Shown piece after piece: positions 41,448 to 50,415 of a stretch of DNA of 64,000 bases. This stretch comes from Alphaproteobacteria bacterium (lineage in GTDB: Bacteria; Pseudomonadota; Alphaproteobacteria; UBA2966), in the NCBI GenBank assembly GCA_964291395.2, contig OZ219858.1, positions 704,001 to 768,000 of the forward strand. The letters are read 5' to 3'. Every line of letters starts with the position of its first letter. The first letter of the stretch is position 1. The notes beneath the pieces are model-generated. The model had not been told where the DNA came from. It was given only the letters and a program-made list of their open reading frames with translations, and made no database searches. The position numbers were made by a program, and so were the translations under genes.

Positions 41448-41869
41448 TGGCGGACCGCGTCATCCGAGGCCATGTGGGGATCGGTACCAAGGTGGCGGGC
41501 GAGGCGCTGGTGGCCAACGACAACTTCAGCGCCCGCTATGATCTCGATCGCGTGAAGGGAGTCTTCTCCCGGCCGACACACAAGCTCGTCGGGCAGAGCT
41601 ATGTGGGCAAGGTACTGGTGCTCAACGTCGCCAAGGGCGGTGTGGCCACGGCGTGGATGCTGCGTGAGATGGCGGCCCGCGGGATGTGCCCCCTGGCCCT
41701 GCTGCTGAACTTCGCCAATCCGATCATGGCCCAGGGCGCGGCGTTCGGAGACGTCGCCCTGATCGACCGCTTCGAGGTCGACATCACGAGCGCGATCCGG
41801 ACTGGCGAGCGGGTCACGGTCGACCCGGAAACGGGCACGGTGACGGTCCACGGCGGAGGCCCGCGTTGA
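41447..41869 (+). CDS. Aconitase X swivel subunit (DUF126)
   Basis: GEALV...H-x-LVGQS-x-VGKVLV...KGG; start overlaps the stop of the large subunit. Confidence 0.85.
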   Translation: MADRVIRGHVGIGTKVAGEALVANDNFSARYDLDRVKGVFSRPTHKLVGQSYVGKVLVLNVAKGGVATAWMLREMAARGMCPLALLLNFANPIMAQGAAFGDVALIDRFEVDITSAIRTGERVTVDPETGTVTVHGGGPR

Positions 41870-41930
41870 CCCCGCCGGGTCTGATTCTTACAGTCCCAGG
41901 CAATGAATGAGACTCGGGGAGGATAGTGCC

Positions 41931-42392
41931 GTGAAGATCGAATCCCATTTCGAAAAGATCGAGCGGTTCGACGCGCTGAGGGAGCGTCTCGACCACTTCG
42001 AGGATTTCGAGATCTGGTTCTGGACCACCATGAACGCGGGCACCAACGCGGTGAACGCGGCATTACATGCCACGGGGATCACGGAGGACGGGTCCTGGTA
42101 TCCCCAGCAGCCCGGCGTCTACATGGTGGCGGACGACGAGCCCGGCACCTTCGTTCCCGCCTTCAAGCCGTTGGGCGACGTGCTGCACGTGGGCCGGCCG
42201 AAGATCGAGAAGCCGATCCCGGAGAAAGTCCAGCGCATCGCCGACCTCATGGACGTCATCGAAGAGTGGCGTGATCCCTGCGTGCGAGATGGCGAGCCCG
42301 TCACGCGGGAAATCGTCGACACGGTGGACACCGCCTACCGCGAGGTCGTCGCTCTGGCCCGCGAGGTGGCCGCCGAGGCGGCGGGAGGCTGA
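41931..42392 (+). CDS. Hypothetical protein, paralog of the next ORF
   Basis: GGAGG site upstream of GTG 41931; strong C/G third-position bias; motifs shared with 42394-42774. Confidence 0.75.
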   Translation: MKIESHFEKIERFDALRERLDHFEDFEIWFWTTMNAGTNAVNAALHATGITEDGSWYPQQPGVYMVADDEPGTFVPAFKPLGDVLHVGRPKIEKPIPEKVQRIADLMDVIEEWRDPCVRDGEPVTREIVDTVDTAYREVVALAREVAAEAAGG

Positions 42393-42393
42393 G

Positions 42394-42774
42394 ATGGACA
42401 GCAAGGGGCACCGGGAGTTCGCCGAACGCATCATGGGCACCCTGGAAAAGCTCGGACCCGAGGACTACGAGATGACCATCGAGGGTGCCATGCTCGCCGC
42501 CACCCATTGGGTGAATTATGCGCTGCACGAGTTCGGGGTCACGGACGCGGACGACGACGTCCAACACACCTACTTCCTGAGCGGCAACGACTGGCAGAAG
42601 TACGGAATCGTCGCCGAGGAACTGCTGCAGGCGCTTGACGAGATCGAGAAGACGAGGCCGATGTACGTGCGCGGCGACGTGGCGGGCGGCGAGAAAGCGG
42701 CTACCCGCGCCTGCGAACTGCTGGCCCGCTCGAAGGAATTGGCCCTCGCCGCGGAGCCCTTGTCCGCACTCTAG
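42394..42774 (+). CDS. Hypothetical protein, paralog of the previous ORF
   Basis: GGAGG site, ATG 1 nt after the upstream stop, coding-like bias. Confidence 0.78.
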   Translation: MDSKGHREFAERIMGTLEKLGPEDYEMTIEGAMLAATHWVNYALHEFGVTDADDDVQHTYFLSGNDWQKYGIVAEELLQALDEIEKTRPMYVRGDVAGGEKAATRACELLARSKELALAAEPLSAL

Positions 42775-42874
42775 TCACCGCGACTGTCGGCCCCGGCGTC
42801 GCGTCGTCGTATCGGGACGTGAGTCGCGCTCGGCGTTGCGGGGACCGTCGAGACCATACTGGGAGAATGGGATC

Positions 42875-43783
42875 ATGGAACGCATCGGATTCATCGGCAT
42901 CGGGACCATGGGACGGCCGATGTCCGCCAACCTCGTCAAGGCGGACTATCCCATGACCGTCTACGACGTCGTGGCCGACGCGACCAGGCCGGTCGTCGAG
43001 CTCGGCGCTCGTGCCGCGGGTTCGATCGCGGAACTGACCGAGGCCAGCGACATCATCTTCACGATGGTGCCGAACTCGCCCGACGTCGAGGCGGTGGTTC
43101 TCGGTCCCGACGGTATCGTGGAGAACGGCCGCGAAGGGGTCATGGTCGTCGACACCAGCACCATCTATCCGGAGGTTACGGACAGGGTCGCCGCGGGCCT
43201 CGCCGATAGAGGAATGGAGTTCGTCGACGCGGGAGTCGGCCGTCAGCAGGTGCACGCGGAGGCGGGCGAGCTGATGTTCATGGTCGGCGCCACTGACGAG
43301 GGCATGGCGCGCGTCCGGCCCCTGCTTGAAATCATGGGCGATACCATCGTCCACGTCGGTCCGCCCGGCCAGGGCATCCGCATGAAGCTGATCAACAATC
43401 TGCTCGCCGGTTTCACCAATCAGGCCAGCGCCGACGCTATCGCCTTTGCGCTCAAGCTCGGCCTGCCCTTCGACAAGGTTATGGAGGTCTTGACCGGAAC
43501 GGCCGCCCGGACCGGCCATCTCTCCATCACCTGGCCCAACAAGATCTTCAAGGGCGACGACACGCCCGGCTTCTCCATCGCGCTTCAGGACAAGGACGTG
43601 AACTTGGCGCTACGACTCGCCGAGAGCATCGGCGCGCCTCTCGATCTCGGCGAGGCGACCCGGAAATCCTTCGTGTCGATGATCGAGCGTGGGTACGGCG
43701 GCAAGGACTTCTCCGCCGCTTTCGCCGCCGCCTGCGAGAAGGCCGGCGTCCCCTTGCCACCGCCCGGCGCCGAGAAGGGGTAG
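42875..43783 (+). CDS. Beta-hydroxyacid dehydrogenase family oxidoreductase
   Basis: GFIGIGTMG, DTSTI, DAGVGR, KLINN, KD. Confidence 0.88.
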   Translation: MERIGFIGIGTMGRPMSANLVKADYPMTVYDVVADATRPVVELGARAAGSIAELTEASDIIFTMVPNSPDVEAVVLGPDGIVENGREGVMVVDTSTIYPEVTDRVAAGLADRGMEFVDAGVGRQQVHAEAGELMFMVGATDEGMARVRPLLEIMGDTIVHVGPPGQGIRMKLINNLLAGFTNQASADAIAFALKLGLPFDKVMEVLTGTAARTGHLSITWPNKIFKGDDTPGFSIALQDKDVNLALRLAESIGAPLDLGEATRKSFVSMIERGYGGKDFSAAFAAACEKAGVPLPPPGAEKG

Positions 43784-43831
43784 CGACCCTTCCCCCACAC
43801 CAGCCGTGCCGCCTGCACCCTTTTCCGATCT

Positions 43832-44908
43832 CTACATCACCGCCGGGATCTCGGTGTCGTCGAGGCCGGCGTCGCGCGCCACCTGACATATCTCGGCCCA
43901 GCTCACCGCGTCGATGGGCACACCCGACTCCGTCCGGGTCTTGAACGAGATCTGTTCCGGATCGCCCGGCACCAGGACCGCCTCTACGCCGGGGGCTGGG
44001 GGAGTCGATGTCAGGTATGCATAAAGCGCCTCGATCTCGGCGTCGTAGTAGGCGCGGTCGACCATGAGTTCCGGATCGAAGATTACCGACAAGAGTCCGT
44101 TGAGGGTGGCGCCGTCCCCATCCCGTTCCGCGAGCATCACGCCGCCGCCGGTGAGTGCGCCGGCGAACATCTCCGCCGCGACGCCAAGTGCGTAACCCTT
44201 GTGACCGCCGACGGGAAGCAGGGCTCCGGTAGGCGGTTCATAAAGGACGGCGGGGTCCGTCGTCGGATGGCCCTCGCTGTCGATGATCACGCCCTCCGGC
44301 ATGCGGTCTCCCCGATTGAGCGCCACGCGCACCTTGTTCATGGCGACGACGCTGGAGGCCATGTCGACGAGGATCGGCGGCGCGTTCCGCCGGGGAAAGG
44401 CCGCAGTGTAGGGCGCAGTCCCCATCCGGGGCGCGGCACCGCCGAAGGGCGCCACGATCGGCGGGCGATTCGTTCCGTTGGAGAAGTGCATGGAGACGAA
44501 CCCGGCTTCGGCGCACATTTCCGCCCACTCCCCGATGCGTCCGAGATGATGGGTATTACGGATGCCCATCAGAACGAACCGGTCGGTTCTCGCCTTGTCG
44601 ATGGCCAGGGCCATCGCCTCCCGGCCGACCGCCTGCCCATATCCTCTCTGACCGTCGACGATGAGGACCGGTCCTTCATTCTTGACGACCATGATGTTCC
44701 GGTTGGGCGCGATGCGTCCGTCGAGCGCCCGCTCCACATAGCGCGGCACGATGCTGACGCCATGGGAGTCGTGACCCATCAGCGAGGTCTCGACGAGCGA
44801 CGTCGCGATCGCCTCGGCCTCGGCGACACTGGACCCGATCCTCGTAAAGATTTCGCGGATGAAGTCGGTAAGAGCCGTGGGCTCGATATGGACGTCGGGT
44901 TGGCTCAT
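43832..44908 (-). CDS. Ldh_2 family (malate/lactate/ureidoglycolate-type) oxidoreductase
   Basis: GHDSHG, THHLGRIG, DMASS, GGHKGYAL. Confidence 0.9.
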   Translation of the reverse strand: MSQPDVHIEPTALTDFIREIFTRIGSSVAEAEAIATSLVETSLMGHDSHGVSIVPRYVERALDGRIAPNRNIMVVKNEGPVLIVDGQRGYGQAVGREAMALAIDKARTDRFVLMGIRNTHHLGRIGEWAEMCAEAGFVSMHFSNGTNRPPIVAPFGGAAPRMGTAPYTAAFPRRNAPPILVDMASSVVAMNKVRVALNRGDRMPEGVIIDSEGHPTTDPAVLYEPPTGALLPVGGHKGYALGVAAEMFAGALTGGGVMLAERDGDGATLNGLLSVIFDPELMVDRAYYDAEIEALYAYLTSTPPAPGVEAVLVPGDPEQISFKTRTESGVPIDAVSWAEICQVARDAGLDDTEIPAVM

Positions 44909-45080
44909 GAAAACTCGGGTCGAGGCTCCGGTCGGCGCTAGGGCTTACGGTGGCGGCCTGCATGAGGTCAAGCGCGTCGGAAGCCGGTCCGACTCGCCAC
45001 CATTCCCGGACCATGATAGCGTCTCGGCCAACGGGCGTCCGCGCGCCCGACCGCTGCACCCGAAGCAATGAGGGAACACG

Positions 45081-46394
45081 ATGGCTCAGGCTCTCACCAA
45101 TACTCTCGAACACCACTGGCTTCCGTTCACCGCGAACCGGCAATTCAAGGAAGAGCCGCGCCTGATGTCAAAGGCGGAGGGGATGTACTACTGGAATCAC
45201 AAGGGCGAGCGGATCATCGACGCATGTTCGGGACTGTTCTGCTGCGCCGCGGGCCACGGCCGCAAGGAAATCGCCGAGGCCGTCCAAAAGCAGTTGATGG
45301 AGATGGACTACGCGACGAGCTTCCAGCTCGGACATCCCTCGTCCTTCGAGCTCGCCTACCGGATCGCGGCAATGATGCCGGGAGACATCAACCGTGTGTT
45401 CTTCGCCAATTCCGGCTCCGAGGCTGTGGAAACGGCAATGAAGATCGCGTTGGCTTACTTCTGGGCCAAGGGCGAGGGCCAGCGTGTGCGCTTCGTCTCA
45501 CGCGAACGCGCTTACCACGGCGCGAACTTTGGCGGCACAGCATTGTCGGGCCTGGTCAAGAACCGCGAAGTTTACGGCACCGGCCTTCCCGGCGTGGTGC
45601 ACATGCGCCATACCCATCTGCCGGATCATGAGTTCGTCAAAGGACAGCCCGAGACCGGCGCCGAGATGGCCGACGATCTCTTGCGTTTCGTCCAGCTTTA
45701 CGGCGGCGGCACGATCGCGGCCTGCGTCGTGGAGCCGGCCGCGGGATCGACCGGTTGGCTGGTGCCGCCGAAAGGCTACCTCGATCGCCTGCGCGAGATC
45801 TGCGACGAGCACGGCATCTTGCTGATCTTCGACGAGGTCATCTGCGGATTCGGCCGGACGGGCAAGGCGTTCGCCGCACAGACCTTCGACGTGGTCCCGG
45901 ACATGATGATCATGGCCAAGGCGCTGACCAATGGCGCCCAACCGATGTCGGCGGCCGCCATCCGGGAGGAGATCTACGACACCATCGTCGATCAGGCGCC
46001 GGAAAACGCGATCGAGCTGTTTCACGGCTACACCTATTCGGCACATCCGGCCGCCTGCGCGGCCGCCATCGCGGCACAGGACATCTATGAGAAGGACAAG
46101 CTGTTCGAGCGGGGCGAGGAGATGTCGCCCTACTTCGTGGATGCCGTCATGGATCTCCGGGACATCCCGATCGTCGAGAACATCCGGGCACAGGGGATGA
46201 TGGCGGGCATCGATCTCGCGTCGGCCGAGCGGCCGGGAACCCGGGGGTTCGATGCGCAGATCAAGCTGTTCAATGCGGGCCTCCATCTCAAGACGACTGG
46301 GGACTGCGCCCTCGTGGCACCGGCATTGATCGCCGAAAAGAACCACATCGACGAGATATCCGGCGTGCTGCGGGACGTCCTGAGCAGCTACTAG
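45081..46394 (+). CDS. Class III aminotransferase (beta-alanine/omega-amino acid:pyruvate type)
   Basis: WLPFTANRQFK, NSGSEAV, RAYHG, FDEVICGFGR, AKALTNG, HGYTYSAHP. Confidence 0.9.
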   Translation: MAQALTNTLEHHWLPFTANRQFKEEPRLMSKAEGMYYWNHKGERIIDACSGLFCCAAGHGRKEIAEAVQKQLMEMDYATSFQLGHPSSFELAYRIAAMMPGDINRVFFANSGSEAVETAMKIALAYFWAKGEGQRVRFVSRERAYHGANFGGTALSGLVKNREVYGTGLPGVVHMRHTHLPDHEFVKGQPETGAEMADDLLRFVQLYGGGTIAACVVEPAAGSTGWLVPPKGYLDRLREICDEHGILLIFDEVICGFGRTGKAFAAQTFDVVPDMMIMAKALTNGAQPMSAAAIREEIYDTIVDQAPENAIELFHGYTYSAHPAACAAAIAAQDIYEKDKLFERGEEMSPYFVDAVMDLRDIPIVENIRAQGMMAGIDLASAERPGTRGFDAQIKLFNAGLHLKTTGDCALVAPALIAEKNHIDEISGVLRDVLSSY

Positions 46395-46444
46395 CCGGCG
46401 CGGCCGTCCGGGTCGCAGAGCGGAATTTGCTGCGGGGGATAGGA

Positions 46445-47230
46445 ATGGATCTCGGGCTCGATGGAAAAGTCGCGGTCGTCGCCGGCGGCAGCCGCGGCAT
46501 CGGCAAGGGGATCGCCCGCAAGCTGGCGGAAGAAGGCTGCGATCTTCTGCTGGTAGCGGTCACGGAAACGAACCTGAAGGCCGCGTGCGAGGAAATCGCG
46601 GCGAAGACCGATCGTCGGGTGGAGATCTGCGCGGTCGATCTCGGTGGCCCGAAGGGCGCGGATACGGCGCTCGACGTCGCAACTTCCACATACGGACGGA
46701 CGGACATCCTGGTGAATTCCGCCGGCGTCGCCGTCGGCGGCGCCTTTCTCGATCTCACGGACGAGGTCTGGCAGCGGGGCTTCGGACCCAAACTGTTCGG
46801 CACGGTCCGCATGTGCCAGCGATTCTGGCCCATGCTCAGGGAAGCGAACGGATCGGTCGTCAATATCGCCGGAACCCGCGGGAAGGTGCCCGCCCATGAT
46901 TTCATGGTCAATTCGGCGGTGAACGCCGCGTTGATGAATTTCACCAAGGCGCTCGCCGGTCTCGGCCTCATCGACGACGTGAACGTCAATTGCGTCATCC
47001 CTGGCCAGACCAAGACCGATCTCCTCTACGACAACTTCCGTCAGGCGGCAAAGATGGACAGCTCGACGCCCGAGGAGGTGGAGAAGAAGCGGATCGCCGC
47101 GACCGGACTGCGCCGCTTCGGCGAGCCCGAGGACATCGCAAATCTCGTGGCGTTTCTCGTCTCGCCCCTGGGCCGGCACGTGCACGGCGCCATGCTCCCC
47201 GTCGATGGAGGCACCGACAAGGCGCTCTGA
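46445..47230 (+). CDS. Atypical SDR lacking YxxxK
   Basis: AGGSRGIG, NSAG; active-site helix reads NSAVNAAL. Confidence 0.85.
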   Translation: MDLGLDGKVAVVAGGSRGIGKGIARKLAEEGCDLLLVAVTETNLKAACEEIAAKTDRRVEICAVDLGGPKGADTALDVATSTYGRTDILVNSAGVAVGGAFLDLTDEVWQRGFGPKLFGTVRMCQRFWPMLREANGSVVNIAGTRGKVPAHDFMVNSAVNAALMNFTKALAGLGLIDDVNVNCVIPGQTKTDLLYDNFRQAAKMDSSTPEEVEKKRIAATGLRRFGEPEDIANLVAFLVSPLGRHVHGAMLPVDGGTDKAL

Positions 47231-47239
47231 GCGCTCTCG

Positions 47240-48106
47240 CTAGATCTTCCCGCCCCTGACGAAGGGATAGATGCGCGTAATGTCGGCCTCCGGATCGGCG
47301 TCGTAGAACTCCCGGAAACCCTCGACGATCTCCTTGCTGACCCGGTCCGCCGTCCCGGCGTCGGTCTGGGCATCGCGATACAGGTCGATGTCCTTCTGCA
47401 ACAGCTTGGCGGTGAAACCCCGGTCGAACGTTCCCGGGATGATGTTCACGGGAAACTTGGTCACGGTGGCGTCGTTGCGTCCCGACGAGGAGTTGAGAAC
47501 GTCGACCATGAGCTCGAGGTCGAGCCCAACGGCCTCGCCGAAGGCGATGGCCTCGCTCGTCGCGATCATCGAAGTCGCCGACAGGAAGTTGTTAAGGATT
47601 TTCATGGCCTGGCCCTGGCCCGGTTCGGTACCCACCAGGAACGGCTTGCCGATGCTCTCCAGAAGCGGCTTGAGCCGCTCGAACGCCTCCTCCGGACCGG
47701 CGAACATGATGGCGATGGTGCCGGCGATGGCACCGGGGACGCCGCCCGAGACGGGCGCGTCGTAGAAGGCGATCTCCGAATCCCGGCAGCGGACGCTCGC
47801 GGTCCGGGCGGCGGCCACGCCGCTGGTAGAGACGTCGATGATCGTCGAAGTCCTGCGGTCGTTGGTCGCGATGATCTCTTCCGTGACCTCCTGCATCGCG
47901 TCCCCATCCGGCAGACTCATCATGACGATGTCGGACCGGGCCGCCACGTCGCCGGCGTCGCGACCCAACGTGGCGCCTTCCGGTAAGCGCTCCGCGGTGC
48001 CTGCGATGTCATAGCCGACGATGGGGTACCCGGAATTGAAGAGATTCGTCGAAATCGGCCTCCCCATGTTGCCGAGGCCGATGAACCCCACTGTCTCTTT
48101 GGTCAT
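47240..48106 (-). CDS. Beta-hydroxyacid (3-hydroxyisobutyrate) dehydrogenase family protein
   Basis: GFIGLGNMG, DAPVSGG, KILNN. Confidence 0.88.
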   Translation of the reverse strand: MTKETVGFIGLGNMGRPISTNLFNSGYPIVGYDIAGTAERLPEGATLGRDAGDVAARSDIVMMSLPDGDAMQEVTEEIIATNDRRTSTIIDVSTSGVAAARTASVRCRDSEIAFYDAPVSGGVPGAIAGTIAIMFAGPEEAFERLKPLLESIGKPFLVGTEPGQGQAMKILNNFLSATSMIATSEAIAFGEAVGLDLELMVDVLNSSSGRNDATVTKFPVNIIPGTFDRGFTAKLLQKDIDLYRDAQTDAGTADRVSKEIVEGFREFYDADPEADITRIYPFVRGGKI

Positions 48107-48116
48107 GCGACCTCCG

Positions 48117-48500
48117 CTACGATGACGGCTGCTCGTCGAGGACCTGCTTGGCGATGCGGAAGCTTTCCACACCTGCGGGGAAGCCGCAGTACAGCGAGAT
48201 CTGCAGCAATACTTCGTTGAGGTCCTTCAACGTCAGCCCGTTGCGCATGGCGCCCCGGAAATGGCCGGCGAACTCCTGGCTCTTGCCCATGGCCGCCAGC
48301 ATGCCGAGGTTGAGGATGCTGCGTTCCCGCTTGGAAAGACCGTCTTCACGCCCCCAGGCTCCACCCCACGCCATTTCGGTGACGTATTCCTGGAACTCCT
48401 TTCCGAACTCGCCGGCATTCTCCATGACCCGCGAAACGTAATCCTCGCCCATCACTTCCTTGCGCATTTTGAGGCCGCGTTCGTAGCGTTCCTTGTCCAT
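48117..48500 (-). CDS. Carboxymuconolactone decarboxylase family protein
   Basis: GLKMRKEVMG, AWGGAWGR, RSILNL, YCGFPA. Confidence 0.87.
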   Translation of the reverse strand: MDKERYERGLKMRKEVMGEDYVSRVMENAGEFGKEFQEYVTEMAWGGAWGREDGLSKRERSILNLGMLAAMGKSQEFAGHFRGAMRNGLTLKDLNEVLLQISLYCGFPAGVESFRIAKQVLDEQPSS

Positions 48501-48748
48501 CTCCGGCTCCTCCCTTCCGGTTTGCGGCTGGCATCCCGCGAGGATCGCGGGATTCGGCGCCATTATGGTACTCCCGCCCGTTCGGGCAAATCGGCGGCGC
48601 CCCGCACAGCCCGCTCCTCCCCGCTCAACCCGATAGGCGCCGCCGGTCTCATGGCTCCCGACAACGACTCGATATCGCCGTAATGAACGTATTTAATGCC
48701 ATCAGATACTAGCCTGTCCGTCTGGACGGCTTTCGCATTGGGAGGCGG

Positions 48749-49420
48749 ATGGCGGACTATCCCTTTCTCGTGCTCTCGGACGGCACCGTGACGATGCTCG
48801 CGCCTCATGTCTATCGGCGCCAGGATGCTTCCGACGATGAGATGTTCTATGCCGTTCCCCGTCTGGTGACGCATATCGATGACGGCGCGTGCACTGCCCT
48901 CGCCGCCTTTTACGAGGAAACCCTCGAGCCCGGCGCCGACGTGCTCGACCTCATGTCGAGCTGCGTCTCCCATCTGCCTGCCGGCGTGGCATACGGAGAC
49001 ATCGTCGGGCTCGGGATGAACCACACGGAGCTTCGGGAGAACCCCCGATTGTCGCGGCACGTGGTCCACAACCTCAATCGCGACACGCGGCTGCCGTTTG
49101 GCGACGACTCGTTCGATGCTTGCCTGTTGGCCCTGTCGATCCAGTATCTGGTGCGGCCCGTGGAGGTGTTCCGCGACGTGGGCCGCGTTCTGAGATCCGG
49201 CGCGCCGATGATCGTGTCCTATTCGAATCGCCTGTTTCCGACCAAAGCGGTTATGATTTGGCAAATGCTCCATGCCGTGGATCAGGGCCGTCTTGTCGCA
49301 CACTACTTCGAGGCAGCGGGGTGTTTCGATGCTCCCGATATCAAAGACCTCAGACCCGATCCGGGGAACTCGGATCCCCTGTACGCGGTCGTCGCGCGGC
49401 ACCGCGACTCCGTCGGCTGA
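48749..49420 (+). CDS. Class I SAM-dependent methyltransferase (type 11-like)
   Basis: FYAVPRLVTHID, VLDLMSS, SIQYL, SNRLFPTKAV. Confidence 0.8.
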   Translation: MADYPFLVLSDGTVTMLAPHVYRRQDASDDEMFYAVPRLVTHIDDGACTALAAFYEETLEPGADVLDLMSSCVSHLPAGVAYGDIVGLGMNHTELRENPRLSRHVVHNLNRDTRLPFGDDSFDACLLALSIQYLVRPVEVFRDVGRVLRSGAPMIVSYSNRLFPTKAVMIWQMLHAVDQGRLVAHYFEAAGCFDAPDIKDLRPDPGNSDPLYAVVARHRDSVG

Positions 49421-49444
49421 TGTCCACGTCTTGAGATCCTTTCG

Positions 49445-50341
49445 ATGACGATAAGCGTAACGCCCTTGGGCGAGTCGTTCGGCGCGGAAATCGGCAATGT
49501 CGATTTGACCGCGTCGCTGGACGAGGCGACGTTCTTGGAGATCAAGGGCGTTCTCGTCGAAAGGCAGGTCGCCGTGATCTCGGAGGTGCCCGCTGATGTC
49601 GAAGTCCTGGTCGGCTTCGGGCGCCGCTTTGGCACGTTCAGGCCTCACATTCTCACCCAGTATCGCCATCCCGAGGCCGACGAGATCGCGGTCATCTCCA
49701 ACGACCCCGAGTCCGGTTTCGGCCGCACGACGAAACGCCCCGCCGGCTCTTTCTGGCATGCCGACCTGACTTACGAGGAAAAACCGTGTGACGTCTCGTT
49801 TCTCTATTCGGTGCAGGTGCCGGAGGAGGGCGGAGATACCCGGTTCGCCGACATGGCCGGCGCTTACGATGCGTTGCCCAGCGCGCTCAAGGACAGGATC
49901 GAGGGTCTGACCGCGATTCATCGCTACGGTGGCCGCAATCCCAGCGACTCGATCGTGAAACTCTCGGACGAACAGCACGCAGCGCACCCCGAAGTGGAGC
50001 ACCCGGTCGTCAAGGCGATCCCCGAGACAGGCCGCAAGTCCCTCTACGTGAGTCCCGGCTGGACAGTTCGGATCGTCGGCTATTCGGAAGAAGACAGCGA
50101 CGACTTGCTCGAAGAGCTGTACCGGCACGCACTGCGACGCCGGTTCCAATACCGGCACAAATGGCGGGACCGCCAGATCGTATTTTTCGATAACCGGTCG
50201 ACCATGCACAGCGCCACACCCGACTATCCCGCCGATGCCAAACGGACGCTCTACCGCATGTTCGTGGCCTTCGACGACGATGCCCGAGCGGAGCGGGACG
50301 GAGACTCCCTGACGCCGTCCGCACGGGGCCACCGCGACTAG
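49445..50341 (+). CDS. TauD/TfdA family 2-oxoglutarate dioxygenase
   Basis: WHAD (HxD), GGDTRFAD, HPVV, DNRSTMH. Confidence 0.9.
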   Translation: MTISVTPLGESFGAEIGNVDLTASLDEATFLEIKGVLVERQVAVISEVPADVEVLVGFGRRFGTFRPHILTQYRHPEADEIAVISNDPESGFGRTTKRPAGSFWHADLTYEEKPCDVSFLYSVQVPEEGGDTRFADMAGAYDALPSALKDRIEGLTAIHRYGGRNPSDSIVKLSDEQHAAHPEVEHPVVKAIPETGRKSLYVSPGWTVRIVGYSEEDSDDLLEELYRHALRRRFQYRHKWRDRQIVFFDNRSTMHSATPDYPADAKRTLYRMFVAFDDDARAERDGDSLTPSARGHRD

Positions 50342-50415
50342 TCAACCTTCTTGAGACCAATTGGTGCAGATGGACGGCCAATAGACGCTTGTGCGACGAA
50401 CGGGGCTCGGTCACC

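Noticed and set aside
41931-42774. HEPN/MNT toxin-antitoxin or anti-phage system
   Set aside because: No RxxxxH motif and no nucleotidyltransferase partner; the genes sit inside a metabolic operon.
48563-50332. 589-aa minus-strand ORF, and similar ones at 19992-21350, 28401-29861, 33610-34848 and 40083-41411
   Set aside because: All lie opposite well-supported genes and have shadow-ORF composition.
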